From Cypionkella sp. (GTDB lineage: Bacteria; Pseudomonadota; Alphaproteobacteria; Rhodobacterales; Rhodobacteraceae), in contig NZ_JAUSBA010000042.1 of the NCBI RefSeq assembly GCF_030652235.1, positions 1,205 through 65,204 on the forward strand: 64,000 nucleotides of DNA, read 5' to 3'. Position 1 is the first letter of the stretch. Every line of letters starts with the position of its first letter. Position numbers and translations under genes: made by a program. Under the pieces are notes generated by a model, which was not told the origin of the DNA, did no database searches, and was given only the letters and a program-made list of their open reading frames with translations. This document shows positions 1-10,043 of this stretch, one piece after another.

Positions 1-365
1 CCTTCAAGCAGTTCGATGCCTTGCGCTTTCAATCGGTCTGCCGAGGCAAACACATCTTCGACTTCGAAACAAAGATGGGTGCCCCCGACTTCGGAATTCC
101 GCTTTGGGCGGGCTGAACTGTCTTCGCCGATGTATTCGAAAAGCTCGACATTGGTGCTGTCACCACACCGCAGGAAAACTAGATCGCGGATGCGGGTATG
201 TGCCGGTGTTCCAAGCTTGCGCTGCATGAAAGCGTCATCCACATCAAACGGGCCAGTGCGAAACACCTCGACCGCGCCAAAGACGGCTTTGAAGAAAGCG
301 ATGCCTTCCTCGATGTCGGGCACTGTGATGCCGATATGGTGCATCCCGAAAACATGTTCTGCCAT
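1..365 (-). CDS. VOC/glyoxalase family protein, truncated by the window edge (not in the ORF track)
   Basis: Manual translation from ATG at 365 after an AGGAG RBS: MAEHVFGMHHIGITVPDIEEGIAFFKAVFG...NVELFEY...GGTHLCFEVEDV; H-I-G-I-T-V-P-D and H-L-C-F-E-V are VOC metal-binding motifs. Confidence 0.85.
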   Translation of the reverse strand, partial: MAEHVFGMHHIGITVPDIEEGIAFFKAVFGAVEVFRTGPFDVDDAFMQRKLGTPAHTRIRDLVFLRCGDSTNVELFEYIGEDSSARPKRNSEVGGTHLCFEVEDVFASADRLKAQGIELLE

Positions 366-436
366 TCGATTTCTCCTTCTGCGAGTTATCTTTTCCTTGT
401 TTCACGTCAAAGGTAGCGCACTTATAGCAAGCGGAT

Positions 437-1636
437 TCAGACCCGCTCTAGCGCAATGGCGATACCCTGTCCGACGCCGATGCACATGGTCGACAGTGAC
501 CGCCTGCCCCCCGTCAAAGCCAATTCCAGCGCTGCTGTGCCAGTGATGCGCGCGCCAGACATGCCAAGAGGATGACCCAAGGCGATTGCGCCACCGTTGC
601 GGTTCACGCGGAGGTCATCGTCGGCGATACCCAAGTGCCGCAACGTGGCGATGCCTTGGGCGGCGAAGGCCTCGTTCAACTCGATCACGTCGAAATCGGC
701 GGCGGTAAGGCCCAGCCGCGCCATCAGTTTTTGGCTGGCGGGTGCAGGGCCAATGCCCATGATACGCGGCGGTACCCCCGCCGTGGCCCCACCCAATACC
801 CGCGCAATCGGGGTCAGTCCGTAACGCGCAGCCGTTTCGGCATTGGCCAGAAGTAGCGCCGCCGCCCCATCGTTGACGCCACTGGCGTTGCCTGCCGTCA
901 CTGATCCATTGGCGAAGATTGGCCGCAGTTTTGCCAGCGCCTCGGATGTGGTGGCGCGGGGATGTTCGTCCCGCGCCACCACCAACGCCTCGCCTTTGCG
1001 CTGCGGGACGGTCACCGCGGCAATTTCTTGGGCCAGCCGCCCGTTGGACTGTGCGGTTGCTGCCTTGGCCTGCGAGGCCAGCGCCATGACGTCTTGCGCT
1101 TCGCGGCTGATACCATAGTCATCAGCCACATTCTGCCCGGTTTGTGGCATCGAGTGGGTGCCATACGCCTTGTCCATCAACGGGTTTATAAAACGCCAGC
1201 CGATGGTGGTGTCGTAAATTTCGGCCTGCCGCGAGAAGGCCGCATCGGCCTTGGGCATCACAAACGGTGCCCGCGACATCGATTCTACGCCGCCCGCGAT
1301 CATCAGCCCGGCCTCGTCCGCCGCAATCGTCCGCGCCGCCATCAGCACCGCGTCCATGCCAGAGCCACAAAGTCGGTTGATCGTGGTGCCGCTCACCTCT
1401 AGCGGTAGGCCTGCCAGCAGCGCCGACATGCGGGCGACGTTGCGGTTGTCTTCACCCGCCTGGTTGGCGCAGCCAAAGATCACATCATCCACCGCCGCCC
1501 AATCCACGCCCGGATTGCGCGTCATCAACGCCCGCAAAGGCACTGCGCCCAGATCGTCAGGCCGGACTGATGCAAGCGCTCCGCCATAGCGACCGATAGG
1601 CGTGCGGATATAGTCGCAGATGAAAACCTCGGTCAT
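437..1636 (-). CDS. pcaF: 3-oxoadipyl-CoA thiolase
   Basis: Thiolase motifs NRLCGSG, NEAFA, GHPLG, MCIGVGQG; PcaF-type N-terminus; follows pcaIJ. Confidence 0.9.
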   Translation of the reverse strand: MTEVFICDYIRTPIGRYGGALASVRPDDLGAVPLRALMTRNPGVDWAAVDDVIFGCANQAGEDNRNVARMSALLAGLPLEVSGTTINRLCGSGMDAVLMAARTIAADEAGLMIAGGVESMSRAPFVMPKADAAFSRQAEIYDTTIGWRFINPLMDKAYGTHSMPQTGQNVADDYGISREAQDVMALASQAKAATAQSNGRLAQEIAAVTVPQRKGEALVVARDEHPRATTSEALAKLRPIFANGSVTAGNASGVNDGAAALLLANAETAARYGLTPIARVLGGATAGVPPRIMGIGPAPASQKLMARLGLTAADFDVIELNEAFAAQGIATLRHLGIADDDLRVNRNGGAIALGHPLGMSGARITGTAALELALTGGRRSLSTMCIGVGQGIAIALERV

Positions 1637-1637
1637 C

Positions 1638-2303
1638 TCAAAGCTCCGGTACGATCAAATCGGCCACGGTGCCCTCAAGATGCAGGGTGGCGGCCGTCAT
1701 TGCCTGCAATGCGTCCAGCGACAGCGCCGCCAGCTTTTCGCGCAGCACAAAGCGGCCACCAACAATATCGATCACCGCAAGGCTGGAGTAAATCCGCGTC
1801 ACGCAAGCAACGCCCGTCAGTGGCAAGGAACAGCGCTGCAGCAGTTTGGGCTTGCCGTCTTTGGTGACGTGATCGGTCATCACCGCCACCCGCTTGGCCC
1901 CATGCACAAGATCCATCGCGCCACCCACCGCAGGCACCCCTTTGGGCCCGGTGGACCAATTCGCCAGATCGCCCGTTTCGGCCACCTCATAGGCCCCCAA
2001 AATTGCGACATCCAGATGCCCGCCGCGCACCATGGCAAAGCTGTCGGCATGATGAAAGAACGCGGTGCCGGGTTTCAGTGTCACCGCCTTTTTTCCGGCA
2101 TTGATCAGATCCCAATCCTCAAGGCCCGGATCGGGGGCTTTTCCAAAGCCAAGGATGCCGTTTTCAGTATGGAAAATCGCCTCGCGGCCAAGAGGTTGGA
2201 ACTTGGCCACCATTTCAGGAAAGCCGATGCCAAGGTTGACATAGGCCCCGTCTTCGATGTCTTGCGCTGCGCGCCATGCCATTTGCGTGGGTGAAAGTTT
2301 CAT
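1638..2303 (-). CDS. pcaJ: 3-oxoadipate CoA-transferase subunit B
   Basis: YVNLGIG, catalytic ENG, GGAMDL motifs. Confidence 0.9.
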   Translation of the reverse strand: MKLSPTQMAWRAAQDIEDGAYVNLGIGFPEMVAKFQPLGREAIFHTENGILGFGKAPDPGLEDWDLINAGKKAVTLKPGTAFFHHADSFAMVRGGHLDVAILGAYEVAETGDLANWSTGPKGVPAVGGAMDLVHGAKRVAVMTDHVTKDGKPKLLQRCSLPLTGVACVTRIYSSLAVIDIVGGRFVLREKLAALSLDALQAMTAATLHLEGTVADLIVPEL

Positions 2304-3034
2304 GCGGCCACCTCTGGGTAAACTGCCCCGGCGCGGTTCAGGTCTTCTTCCTGCGCGGGATTTGGTGTCTCGACCACGCCCTGCACAAAGATGCCGGGGG
2401 TGATGACAGCCTCGGGGTCAATCTCGCCTGCTGCCACAATCCGGCTGACCTGCACGATGGTGACGGCCGCCGCCATGCACATCAAGGGGTTGAAATTGCG
2501 CGCCGCCATCCGGTAGGTCAGGTTGCCCAAAGGGTCGCCCAGATGTGCCTTGATCAGTGCAAAATCTGCCTTCAGCCAGCGTTCCTGCACATAAGGTCGC
2601 CCGTCGAACACCTCGACCGGTTTACCAATGGCAAGGTCGGTGCCATAGCTGGTCGGCGTGTAAAACGCCGGTATCCCAGCGCCGCCTGCGCGGATGCGTT
2701 CGGCCAAAGTGCCCTGCGGCACCAGTTCCAGCTCCAACCTGCCCGCAAGATACATCTGCGTGAACACCACCGGATCAGCCGAGCGTGGGAAAGAACAGAT
2801 CAGCTTGGCCATCATCCCCGCCTCGATCAGCGCAGCAAGGCCGACATGACCGTTGCCTGCGTTGTTGTTGACCACCGTCAAGCCACGGGGATGACCCGTC
2901 GCGAGAAAGCGGTCGATCAAGGCATGGATCAACTCAATCGGTGCGCCTGATCCGCCAAAGCCGCCGATCATCACTGTCGCGCCATCCGGGATACCCGCGA
3001 CCGCGGCGGCAAGATCGGGAAGTGTCTTATCCAT
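2300..3034 (-). CDS. pcaI: 3-oxoadipate CoA-transferase subunit A
   Basis: IGGFG, NNNAG, PQGTLAERIRAGGAGIPAFYT motifs; overlaps pcaJ. Confidence 0.9.
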   Translation of the reverse strand: MDKTLPDLAAAVAGIPDGATVMIGGFGGSGAPIELIHALIDRFLATGHPRGLTVVNNNAGNGHVGLAALIEAGMMAKLICSFPRSADPVVFTQMYLAGRLELELVPQGTLAERIRAGGAGIPAFYTPTSYGTDLAIGKPVEVFDGRPYVQERWLKADFALIKAHLGDPLGNLTYRMAARNFNPLMCMAAAVTIVQVSRIVAAGEIDPEAVITPGIFVQGVVETPNPAQEEDLNRAGAVYPEVAA

Positions 3035-3043
3035 GGGCCAGTC

Positions 3044-3376
3044 CTATTTCAGCGCAATGTATGTTTCAGGGTCCAGCGCCATAACACGGATGGCAACATG
3101 GGTATCGGTGGCGGCCTGCACCATGCGGCGCAGATGGGTGCAAACGGCCAGAACCACCTCTCGGCTGCGTTCCGATTTGGGCATGATCTGCATTTCAACA
3201 TTTACCCTTGGCAAGTCGGGCATGGCGCAAACCGGGATCACCGCAAACTGACACGCGGGCGCATCAACCCTCAGATCGCGGCACAGCATGTCGCGGATCG
3301 GACCAAGGGCGTTTGAAAGCCTTTCCCGGCAATCGGGATACAGCGCATCGTCAACATAGATCTTTACGTTTGGCAT
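3044..3376 (-). CDS. Tautomerase/MIF superfamily protein (CHMI-like)
   Basis: 110 aa beginning MP (Pro-1 after Met removal), double beta-alpha-beta-like pattern, operon-embedded. Confidence 0.65.
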   Translation of the reverse strand: MPNVKIYVDDALYPDCRERLSNALGPIRDMLCRDLRVDAPACQFAVIPVCAMPDLPRVNVEMQIMPKSERSREVVLAVCTHLRRMVQAATDTHVAIRVMALDPETYIALK

Positions 3377-3411
3377 CGTTGCCCTCGTTGCTGTTCGTGG
3401 GACCGATGGGT

Positions 3412-4443
3412 TCAGGCGGGCGGGTGTTCAAACAACAGGCGGGCGTTGTCGGGGTGTGCCGCCAAAACCCCTGCCTCGATCTGAAGCGCAACCTCGACCA
3501 CGCGTTGATTGACCGGGGCGCTGCGGCCATGGGCCTGTAGTATCTGCACCACCCAGCCATTCACCTCTTGCACCTCGGCCCGCCGTCCCTTGCGCCAATC
3601 TTGCAACGAGGTGGTCAGCGTGTCTTCGCGCGAAAAGGTTGACAGCACCTTTTCAAAAATCTCATCGACATAGCGTTCTGGATCATTGCTCATGGTGGGT
3701 GGCATTCCGATGATGGGCATGATCGTGGCGCCATCGGCAAGGGCCGCCTGCATCGCCTCGTACCCAGCGGCGCGCATCACATCCAGCATACCCGGCGCGC
3801 GCGCAGCATCGTTCAGCGCGGTGTCGATAATGGCCGAGGGGATCAGTTCGGCGGCGTTGACCACCAGTTTCATCCACTTGGCAGATCGGATATCCGTCGT
3901 CACCTCGACATGGCCGGAATGGCGCAACAGATCGGCCACGCCTTCAACCCGGTGCTGTTGGGCGGGGTCCAGCGCGCCCATGGCAAACCACGATTCGTCA
4001 TGATCGTTCTGGCGGTTGGTGACACCCGGCACCCACATGTTCGACGCAATTTCAATCACCGCGCCGATGGTGCGGTGACGGCCTACGACGGCGGCGATGT
4101 CTTCATGGGTCATGCCGTTTTGCAGGCCGATCACGAAACCATCGGCGGCCAGAACCGGCTTGATCAGTTGCGTGGCCCATGTGGTGTCATAGGCTTTGAC
4201 CACCAGAAAGATCAGATCGAAAGGCTGCTTGACCTCGGCCACCTGACATAAGTGCAGGGCAGGCACCTGCACGTTGATCTGCCGCGTGGGCAGGTTGACG
4301 GTAATTCCATTCGCGCGGATCGCCTCGATGTGCGCGGGCCATTGGTCGATGAACGTCACATCCAGCCCTGCAAGCGCAAAATCAGCCGCAATCGACGCGC
4401 CTTGCGCGCCAGTCCCCATAAACGCAATACGAGGGCCGGTCAT
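3412..4443 (-). CDS. Ketopantoate reductase (PanE/ApbA)-like NAD(P)H oxidoreductase
   Basis: GTGAQG Rossmann motif, VKAYD, LQNG, KWMKLVVN, SLQD...GRRAEV motifs. Confidence 0.8.
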   Translation of the reverse strand: MTGPRIAFMGTGAQGASIAADFALAGLDVTFIDQWPAHIEAIRANGITVNLPTRQINVQVPALHLCQVAEVKQPFDLIFLVVKAYDTTWATQLIKPVLAADGFVIGLQNGMTHEDIAAVVGRHRTIGAVIEIASNMWVPGVTNRQNDHDESWFAMGALDPAQQHRVEGVADLLRHSGHVEVTTDIRSAKWMKLVVNAAELIPSAIIDTALNDAARAPGMLDVMRAAGYEAMQAALADGATIMPIIGMPPTMSNDPERYVDEIFEKVLSTFSREDTLTTSLQDWRKGRRAEVQEVNGWVVQILQAHGRSAPVNQRVVEVALQIEAGVLAAHPDNARLLFEHPPA

Positions 4444-5291
4444 GCGGCACCTTTGTGCATCACGAAATCAAAGGTCGATCGCCATTTTGTTTCGCCTTCA
4501 GGTACTGGATCAAACGGCGCGATCAGGGATTGTTTCACGCCAAAGACGGCATCAGAGTGTAGATACTTATCACCCTCCACGAAAGTATGGGTGACGATGG
4601 TGTCAAATCCCGCGCGGCTGATGATGAAGTGCATATGCGCCGGGCGGTAAGGGTGGCGGCCCAGATGGCCCAGCATCTGGCCTACGGGACCATCATCTGG
4701 AATGGGGTAGGCCACAGGCTTGATCCCACGGAACCAATAGCGCCCGTCCGGGCCGGTGACAAAGATGCCGCGATTGTTGTGGGTCGGCTGCAGCCCCGGT
4801 TGCTGAACGTCGTAAAAACCATCCTCGTTGTCGGACCAGACGTCGATGCGGACGCCCTGCAAGGGGGTGCCGGCAAGGTCAGTAACGGTGCCTTCAAACA
4901 GGCAGGTTTCCTTGCCGCCCTCTTGGGTGATCGTCGCACCCATCGGATATTCCGGCACGCCGTCGACATGGAACGGCCCCAGAACGGTGTTTTCTGTGGC
5001 TCCGGTCGGGCGGCGATTGTTGATAGCGTCCACCAACATCGACACACCCAGAACGTCCGAAAGCAAGATGTATTCCTGCCGGTTGCCATCGCAGATCTGG
5101 CCTGTTCGGGTCAGAAACCCGATGGCATTGGCCCATTCTTCCTGCGTCAACTCCACATCCTTGATAAAGGCGTGCAGATGCGTGACCAGACGCGCCATGA
5201 CATGGGCAAGACGGGCATCCGTGGCCGGGCCCATCCGGCCGTTCACAGCCTCGACCGAATGGCTTTCGGTGAAATAGTCAATTGCGGTCAT
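4440..5291 (-). CDS. Intradiol ring-cleavage dioxygenase, hydroxyquinol/catechol 1,2-dioxygenase type
   Basis: LLSDVLGVS, TVLGPF, GFYDVQ, AYPIP, RPAHMHF (Tyr/Tyr/His/His Fe ligands); start set at ATG 5291 overlapping the upstream TGA. Confidence 0.9.
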   Translation of the reverse strand: MTAIDYFTESHSVEAVNGRMGPATDARLAHVMARLVTHLHAFIKDVELTQEEWANAIGFLTRTGQICDGNRQEYILLSDVLGVSMLVDAINNRRPTGATENTVLGPFHVDGVPEYPMGATITQEGGKETCLFEGTVTDLAGTPLQGVRIDVWSDNEDGFYDVQQPGLQPTHNNRGIFVTGPDGRYWFRGIKPVAYPIPDDGPVGQMLGHLGRHPYRPAHMHFIISRAGFDTIVTHTFVEGDKYLHSDAVFGVKQSLIAPFDPVPEGETKWRSTFDFVMHKGAA

Positions 5292-6379
5292 AGCCTTGTC
5301 CTTTCGGGTCCGGGTGATGCGGGCCGGGTTCCGGCCCAAGCGGCCTGCAACAGCGCCAGCACACCATCACGCGTCACGTCGCGCGGGTTGGCATAGGGGT
5401 TTTTCACGGCCAGATCAGCCAGGCGAGCCAGATCGCTTTGACTCACGCCCAAGTCTTTCAAAGCCGTGGGCGCCCCCAGCGACAGCGCCAGATCATAAAG
5501 CCCGCCGCCCAGATCGCCGCCAAACAGGGCGGCCGCCGGCCGCAAGGCGCTGTGCGCGGCTGCCGCGTTGAACGCCATCGTGTGCGGCAGCAGGATCGCA
5601 TGGGTTTCGGCATGGGGCAAATCCAGCGCCCCACCAAGCGTGTGGCAAAGCTTGTGGTGCAGCGCCATCGCCACCGCGCCCAGCACCGTGCCACACAGCC
5701 AAGACCCATAAAGCGCATCACCGCGCGCGGCCAAATCTGCCGGATCGCGGTAAATCGCAGGCAAGGCCCGTTGCAAAGCGGCAATGCCTTCGACCGCAAT
5801 AAGCGATGTCACCGGGTTGGCATCGGCAGCGTAAAGCCCCTCCGCCGCATGGGCCATGGCGTTCAGCCCGCTGGCCACGCTCATCGCCACCGGCAGGCCA
5901 AGGGTCAGTTCGGGGTCATAGATCACCGCCTCGGGACGGATGCGGGGGTCACGGCGGGTGGATTTCACGCCACCTTCGGTTTCGCCAAGGATATCGGTCA
6001 CCTCGGACCCGGCATAGGTGGTCGCCACCACAAGGTGTGCTGCGTCATTGCGCCATGCAATCGCTTTGCCCAACCCGATGGTGGACCCGCCGCCCAAGGA
6101 AACGATGCAATCCGCCCCACTTTGATCATAGGCCGTCAGCGCGCGGGCGGTGACGTCAACCGGCGTGTGCATCCGGGCCTCGGCAAAGACGCCCGCGGCC
6201 ATAGGACCAAGCCGGGCCGCCAGCCGATCTGCGTCATCCTTCTGGAATGGGGTCGACAGGATCAGGGCGCGGGTGCCACCGATCGCTGCAATCTCGTCGG
6301 CAACGTGACGCTGTGATCCCGCACCAAACCGCACCCGCACAGGGGCGGATTGGTAGATAAAGGTCTGTTCCATCGTCAT
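5288..6379 (-). CDS. Maleylacetate reductase (Fe-ADH family)
   Basis: LGGGSTIGLGKA, TTYAGSE, NAMAHAAE, LHHKLCHTLGG, HAETH motifs; next to the intradiol dioxygenase. Confidence 0.88.
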   Translation of the reverse strand: MTMEQTFIYQSAPVRVRFGAGSQRHVADEIAAIGGTRALILSTPFQKDDADRLAARLGPMAAGVFAEARMHTPVDVTARALTAYDQSGADCIVSLGGGSTIGLGKAIAWRNDAAHLVVATTYAGSEVTDILGETEGGVKSTRRDPRIRPEAVIYDPELTLGLPVAMSVASGLNAMAHAAEGLYAADANPVTSLIAVEGIAALQRALPAIYRDPADLAARGDALYGSWLCGTVLGAVAMALHHKLCHTLGGALDLPHAETHAILLPHTMAFNAAAAHSALRPAAALFGGDLGGGLYDLALSLGAPTALKDLGVSQSDLARLADLAVKNPYANPRDVTRDGVLALLQAAWAGTRPASPGPERTRL

Positions 6380-8886
6380 GCCTCGGCCTGTTTACGGGCG
6401 GTCGAATAGATCAGCGCTGCCGCAAGGATCAGCGCGCCTTGAAAAACATATTGATAGGTTTGCGACAGCCCAAGGAAGGAAACCGCGTTCAAAACCTCGG
6501 TCAGCAGAACAGCCCCCATCACCGTGCCAATGAACGTGCCCCGCCCGCCGCGCAGGCTGGTGCCGCCAAGCACCACCGCCGTGATGCTGCCCAGCGTATA
6601 GTTGACGCCCTGTGCCGGGTCGCCCACGCCGATCTGCACCATCAGCATGATCGCCCCCAGTGCGGTGAACAGGGACACCGCGATATAGCCGCCAATGATC
6701 ACCCGGTTCACCCGAATACCCATCCGCCGGGCAGATTCCTCATGCGAGCCGACCGCGCGGAATTGCCAGCCCAAGCGACGCTTGCGCAGAATGTATTCCG
6801 CCAGCAGTGCCACGATAACCAGCACGATAAACGCCACCGGCAACGGCCCCAGTTTCCAGCCGATCGTGTCCATGACGGCAAAGCTGATATAGCCCCCCGG
6901 CCCGTCGCGCAGAACGAAGCTAAGGCCCTGCAAACCGATATACATTGCCAAGGTGGCCGCAATCGGGGTGAAATTGGCAAACCGGATCAGAACGCCGTTG
7001 ATCGTGCCCACCACCAGTGCTGCCAGAAACATCAACGCAAATCCTAGCGCGAAGGTCTGCGGCGATTGTCCATCATTTATAAAGAACGACGCAATCACCA
7101 CCAGAAACCCGGCCAGCGGCCCAACGGACAGGTCAATCCCCCCCATCAAAAGCGCAATCGTTTGCCCAAGGGCGATAAACCCAAGTGCCGTCGCCAGCAA
7201 AAGAATGTTCGAGAGGTTGAAGGCCGAAAGATAATTCGCGTTCTGTCCGAACACATACAGCCCCAGCATCACGATCACCGCTGCCAGCGGAACGACGGTG
7301 GCATTGTCGCTTTGGATGAACTGACGCAACCTGTGCCCTGCGGTCTGCGCGGCCTTGGTCGCCGCCCCCACGCCGTCGACATGGGATTGCGCCCTGACCG
7401 CAGCGCCCACAATGCGGCCTTCGGTGATATCTTCCCCGCGCAGGGTTTCGGCCACACGCCCGCGCGACATCACGATCACCACATCGCAAAGCCCCTCCAA
7501 CTCGGCCGCATCGGATGAATTCACGATCACCGGTGTACCAGATTGCGACACCTCGCGCAGGATGCGGTAAATCTCGAACCGTGCGCCCACATCAACGCCT
7601 TGGGTGGGTTCATCGGCCAGAATGAAGCCGGGTTTTGACATCAGCGCCCGCGCCATCACCACCTTTTGCTGGTTGCCGCCCGACAGCGACAGGATACCCG
7701 CATCAAGTCCCGGCGTCTTGACCGCCAACGCGCCGAACACTTGGCCAACCGCGCCCAATTCCCTGCGGCGGCTTAGAATACCAAGAGTGCTAAACTGGTC
7801 CAGCGCCGAAAAGGTCGCATTTTCGCGCACGGTCAGGTCGGAAATGATGCCTTCCTGATGGCGGTCTGACGGCATGTAAGCGGTCTTGGCCTTCACCTCG
7901 GCCGCCGACAAGAGCGTATCGTTCAGGCGCACCTCCCCTTTCCACGGCTCTAGCCCCGCAAGGGCGCGCATCACGCCTGATTGCCCGTTGCCCTCAACCC
8001 CGGCGATGCCGATGATCTGGCCACGCCCAACAGCAAAGCTGACATCATGAATCGTGCGCCCCGACAGGCGCTGAACAGCAAGGTTGATTGCGGGGGCTGC
8101 CTCACTGCATTTCGGCGGAAAAGCCGATGCAAGGCTGCGTCCGACAATCATTCCCAACAAATCATCATCGCTGACATCCCTGACCAGCGCGCCGCCTTCA
8201 AGCCGCCCATCGCGCAACACTGTGACGCGGTGGGCGATCTGGCGCAATTCTGCCAGCCGGTGGGTGATGTAGATTACCGCCGTCCCCCCCGCCACCACGC
8301 TGCGGATACGGGCAAACAGCATTTCGGTGGCGTCCAGATCCAGCGCCGCTGTTGGTTCGTCAAGGATCAGCACGGGTGGCCGCGTGGCCAACGCCTTGGC
8401 AATCTCCAGCAGGTGCTTTTGCGCTACTGTCAGGCTGTCAGCCCGCGCATTCAGCGCGACATGCAGCCCCACATCATCCAGCATGGCGCGGGCAATCTCT
8501 GAAGGGTCCCCCGCCGCAAAAACCCGGGGCGGAAGCGCCACACGCAGGTTTTCCAGAACCGACAGGTCATCCAGCACTGCAGGATGCTGAAAAGAAATCG
8601 ACACGCCCAGCGCGGCTGAGCGTTCTGGCGTCATTGCGGCGATGACCTCGCCGTTGAATTCGATCGTGCCAGATGTTGGGCGGAACACGCCCGAGATAAT
8701 GTTCATCAGGGTGGTCTTGCCCGCCCCATTCTCGCCCAGAATCGCGTGAACCTCGCCGGGATAGATGTCGAGCGACACATTGGACAGCGCCACAACACCG
8801 CCGAACCTTTTGGTGATACCTGACAGCCGGATAGTGGGCCGTGCCGTCACCGTGCCTGCAAGCCGTTCGGTTTCCTGATCTTTCAT
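6376..8886 (-). CDS. Fused sugar-ABC (CUT2) double ATPase plus C-terminal permease
   Basis: Walker A GENGAGKT, DEPT, LSGGNQQKV in the first ~500 aa, then an RbsC-like hydrophobic domain (GIDLSVG, VVLGGTSLRGG) in one frame; start 8886 has a GGGAG RBS. Confidence 0.88.
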   Translation of the reverse strand: MKDQETERLAGTVTARPTIRLSGITKRFGGVVALSNVSLDIYPGEVHAILGENGAGKTTLMNIISGVFRPTSGTIEFNGEVIAAMTPERSAALGVSISFQHPAVLDDLSVLENLRVALPPRVFAAGDPSEIARAMLDDVGLHVALNARADSLTVAQKHLLEIAKALATRPPVLILDEPTAALDLDATEMLFARIRSVVAGGTAVIYITHRLAELRQIAHRVTVLRDGRLEGGALVRDVSDDDLLGMIVGRSLASAFPPKCSEAAPAINLAVQRLSGRTIHDVSFAVGRGQIIGIAGVEGNGQSGVMRALAGLEPWKGEVRLNDTLLSAAEVKAKTAYMPSDRHQEGIISDLTVRENATFSALDQFSTLGILSRRRELGAVGQVFGALAVKTPGLDAGILSLSGGNQQKVVMARALMSKPGFILADEPTQGVDVGARFEIYRILREVSQSGTPVIVNSSDAAELEGLCDVVIVMSRGRVAETLRGEDITEGRIVGAAVRAQSHVDGVGAATKAAQTAGHRLRQFIQSDNATVVPLAAVIVMLGLYVFGQNANYLSAFNLSNILLLATALGFIALGQTIALLMGGIDLSVGPLAGFLVVIASFFINDGQSPQTFALGFALMFLAALVVGTINGVLIRFANFTPIAATLAMYIGLQGLSFVLRDGPGGYISFAVMDTIGWKLGPLPVAFIVLVIVALLAEYILRKRRLGWQFRAVGSHEESARRMGIRVNRVIIGGYIAVSLFTALGAIMLMVQIGVGDPAQGVNYTLGSITAVVLGGTSLRGGRGTFIGTVMGAVLLTEVLNAVSFLGLSQTYQYVFQGALILAAALIYSTARKQAEA

Positions 8887-8981
8887 CGCAGCTCCCTCGG
8901 GCATGTCTTATCCTGCTGTCCTTGCGGTGCAATCTTACGGGGTCGGCCCCGGGCATGACCTGCCCGGGACCAAAGCTATTT

Positions 8982-10043
8982 TTACTGACCGACCGCCTTG
9001 GCCTGCGCGTCATCGGCCATTTCAGCCGACAGATAGATCGAGCCGGGCAGATCTTCACGGCAGGTTACGGGGTTCGGGGTGCCCGAGACCGAGTCTTCAT
9101 AAACCGGAGCCTTGAAGATGTTATCGGCGGGCGGGGTGCCGTCGGTTGCCAAGGCAACAGCCCACTGCACGGCCAGACGGACGTTATCGTTGCCAGTGGC
9201 AACAGTGAACAGTTTGAAGTCTGGGTTGGCCGCGTGGTTCTGCGCCCAGAAGCAGGACAGCGAGTTGCCGTCAGACGTGGCCAGCGCCGGGATCGACCGC
9301 TTGAATTCGGCAAACACCGGCAGTGCCCCCACCAATGACGGACCAAAGTCAGATACGATCACGTCGATCTTGTCATTCTTGGCGATTTCAGCCGACAGAA
9401 CCTGCTGGGTCAGGGACGGGTCCCAGTTGGTGACGGCAAAGGGCTCGGGGTTGATGAAGACGTATTTGTCGTCCAACACCTGTTTCATGCCTGCCAACTC
9501 GTCTGTGCCTTGGCTGTTGCCGGCCGGACCGCTTAGGAACAGAACATTGCCGCCTTCGGGCAAGACTTCCTTGATCCAGTTGCCCCAGCTGACACCGTCC
9601 TCGACAAAGGACGAGCCGATGAATTTCGCGTAGTTTTCACCCTCCACGCCACCAACGTTCACGCGGTACGGCACAACGATGGTGCCTGCACGGTGCGCAT
9701 TGGTCAGGGCTGGCAGAACAGCGGGGCCCGCGTCGCCAAACACCACCATCGCATTGATCCCGCGCGCGGCCATCGAGTTGATGTCCGAGATGGCCTTTTG
9801 GGTGTCGCCCTGACCATCAGCATATTCATACTGCGTGATCGAAGGGCACTTTGCGGCCTCTTCTGCGCCCGACGCGGTGGTCACCAAACGCCAGCTGTTG
9901 CCGCCAAAGCCATCCAGCAGCGCAAGCGATGCTTGCTTTGGCCCGCACCACGACGGGGTTTCAGCCAGCGCCGTTGTCCCGGCAAGGGCCATAGTCAAGG
10001 TTGCTGCAGCGAATGCCGCAGTCATCGTTTTTGATTTAAACAT
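8982..10043 (-). CDS. Sugar-type ABC periplasmic binding protein (RbsB-like)
   Basis: Signal peptide MFKSKTMTAAFAAATLTMALAGTTALA; Peripla_BP-like motifs (QISD-like QKAISDIN, GPAGNS, NWDP). Confidence 0.85.
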   Translation of the reverse strand: MFKSKTMTAAFAAATLTMALAGTTALAETPSWCGPKQASLALLDGFGGNSWRLVTTASGAEEAAKCPSITQYEYADGQGDTQKAISDINSMAARGINAMVVFGDAGPAVLPALTNAHRAGTIVVPYRVNVGGVEGENYAKFIGSSFVEDGVSWGNWIKEVLPEGGNVLFLSGPAGNSQGTDELAGMKQVLDDKYVFINPEPFAVTNWDPSLTQQVLSAEIAKNDKIDVIVSDFGPSLVGALPVFAEFKRSIPALATSDGNSLSCFWAQNHAANPDFKLFTVATGNDNVRLAVQWAVALATDGTPPADNIFKAPVYEDSVSGTPNPVTCREDLPGSIYLSAEMADDAQAKAVGQ

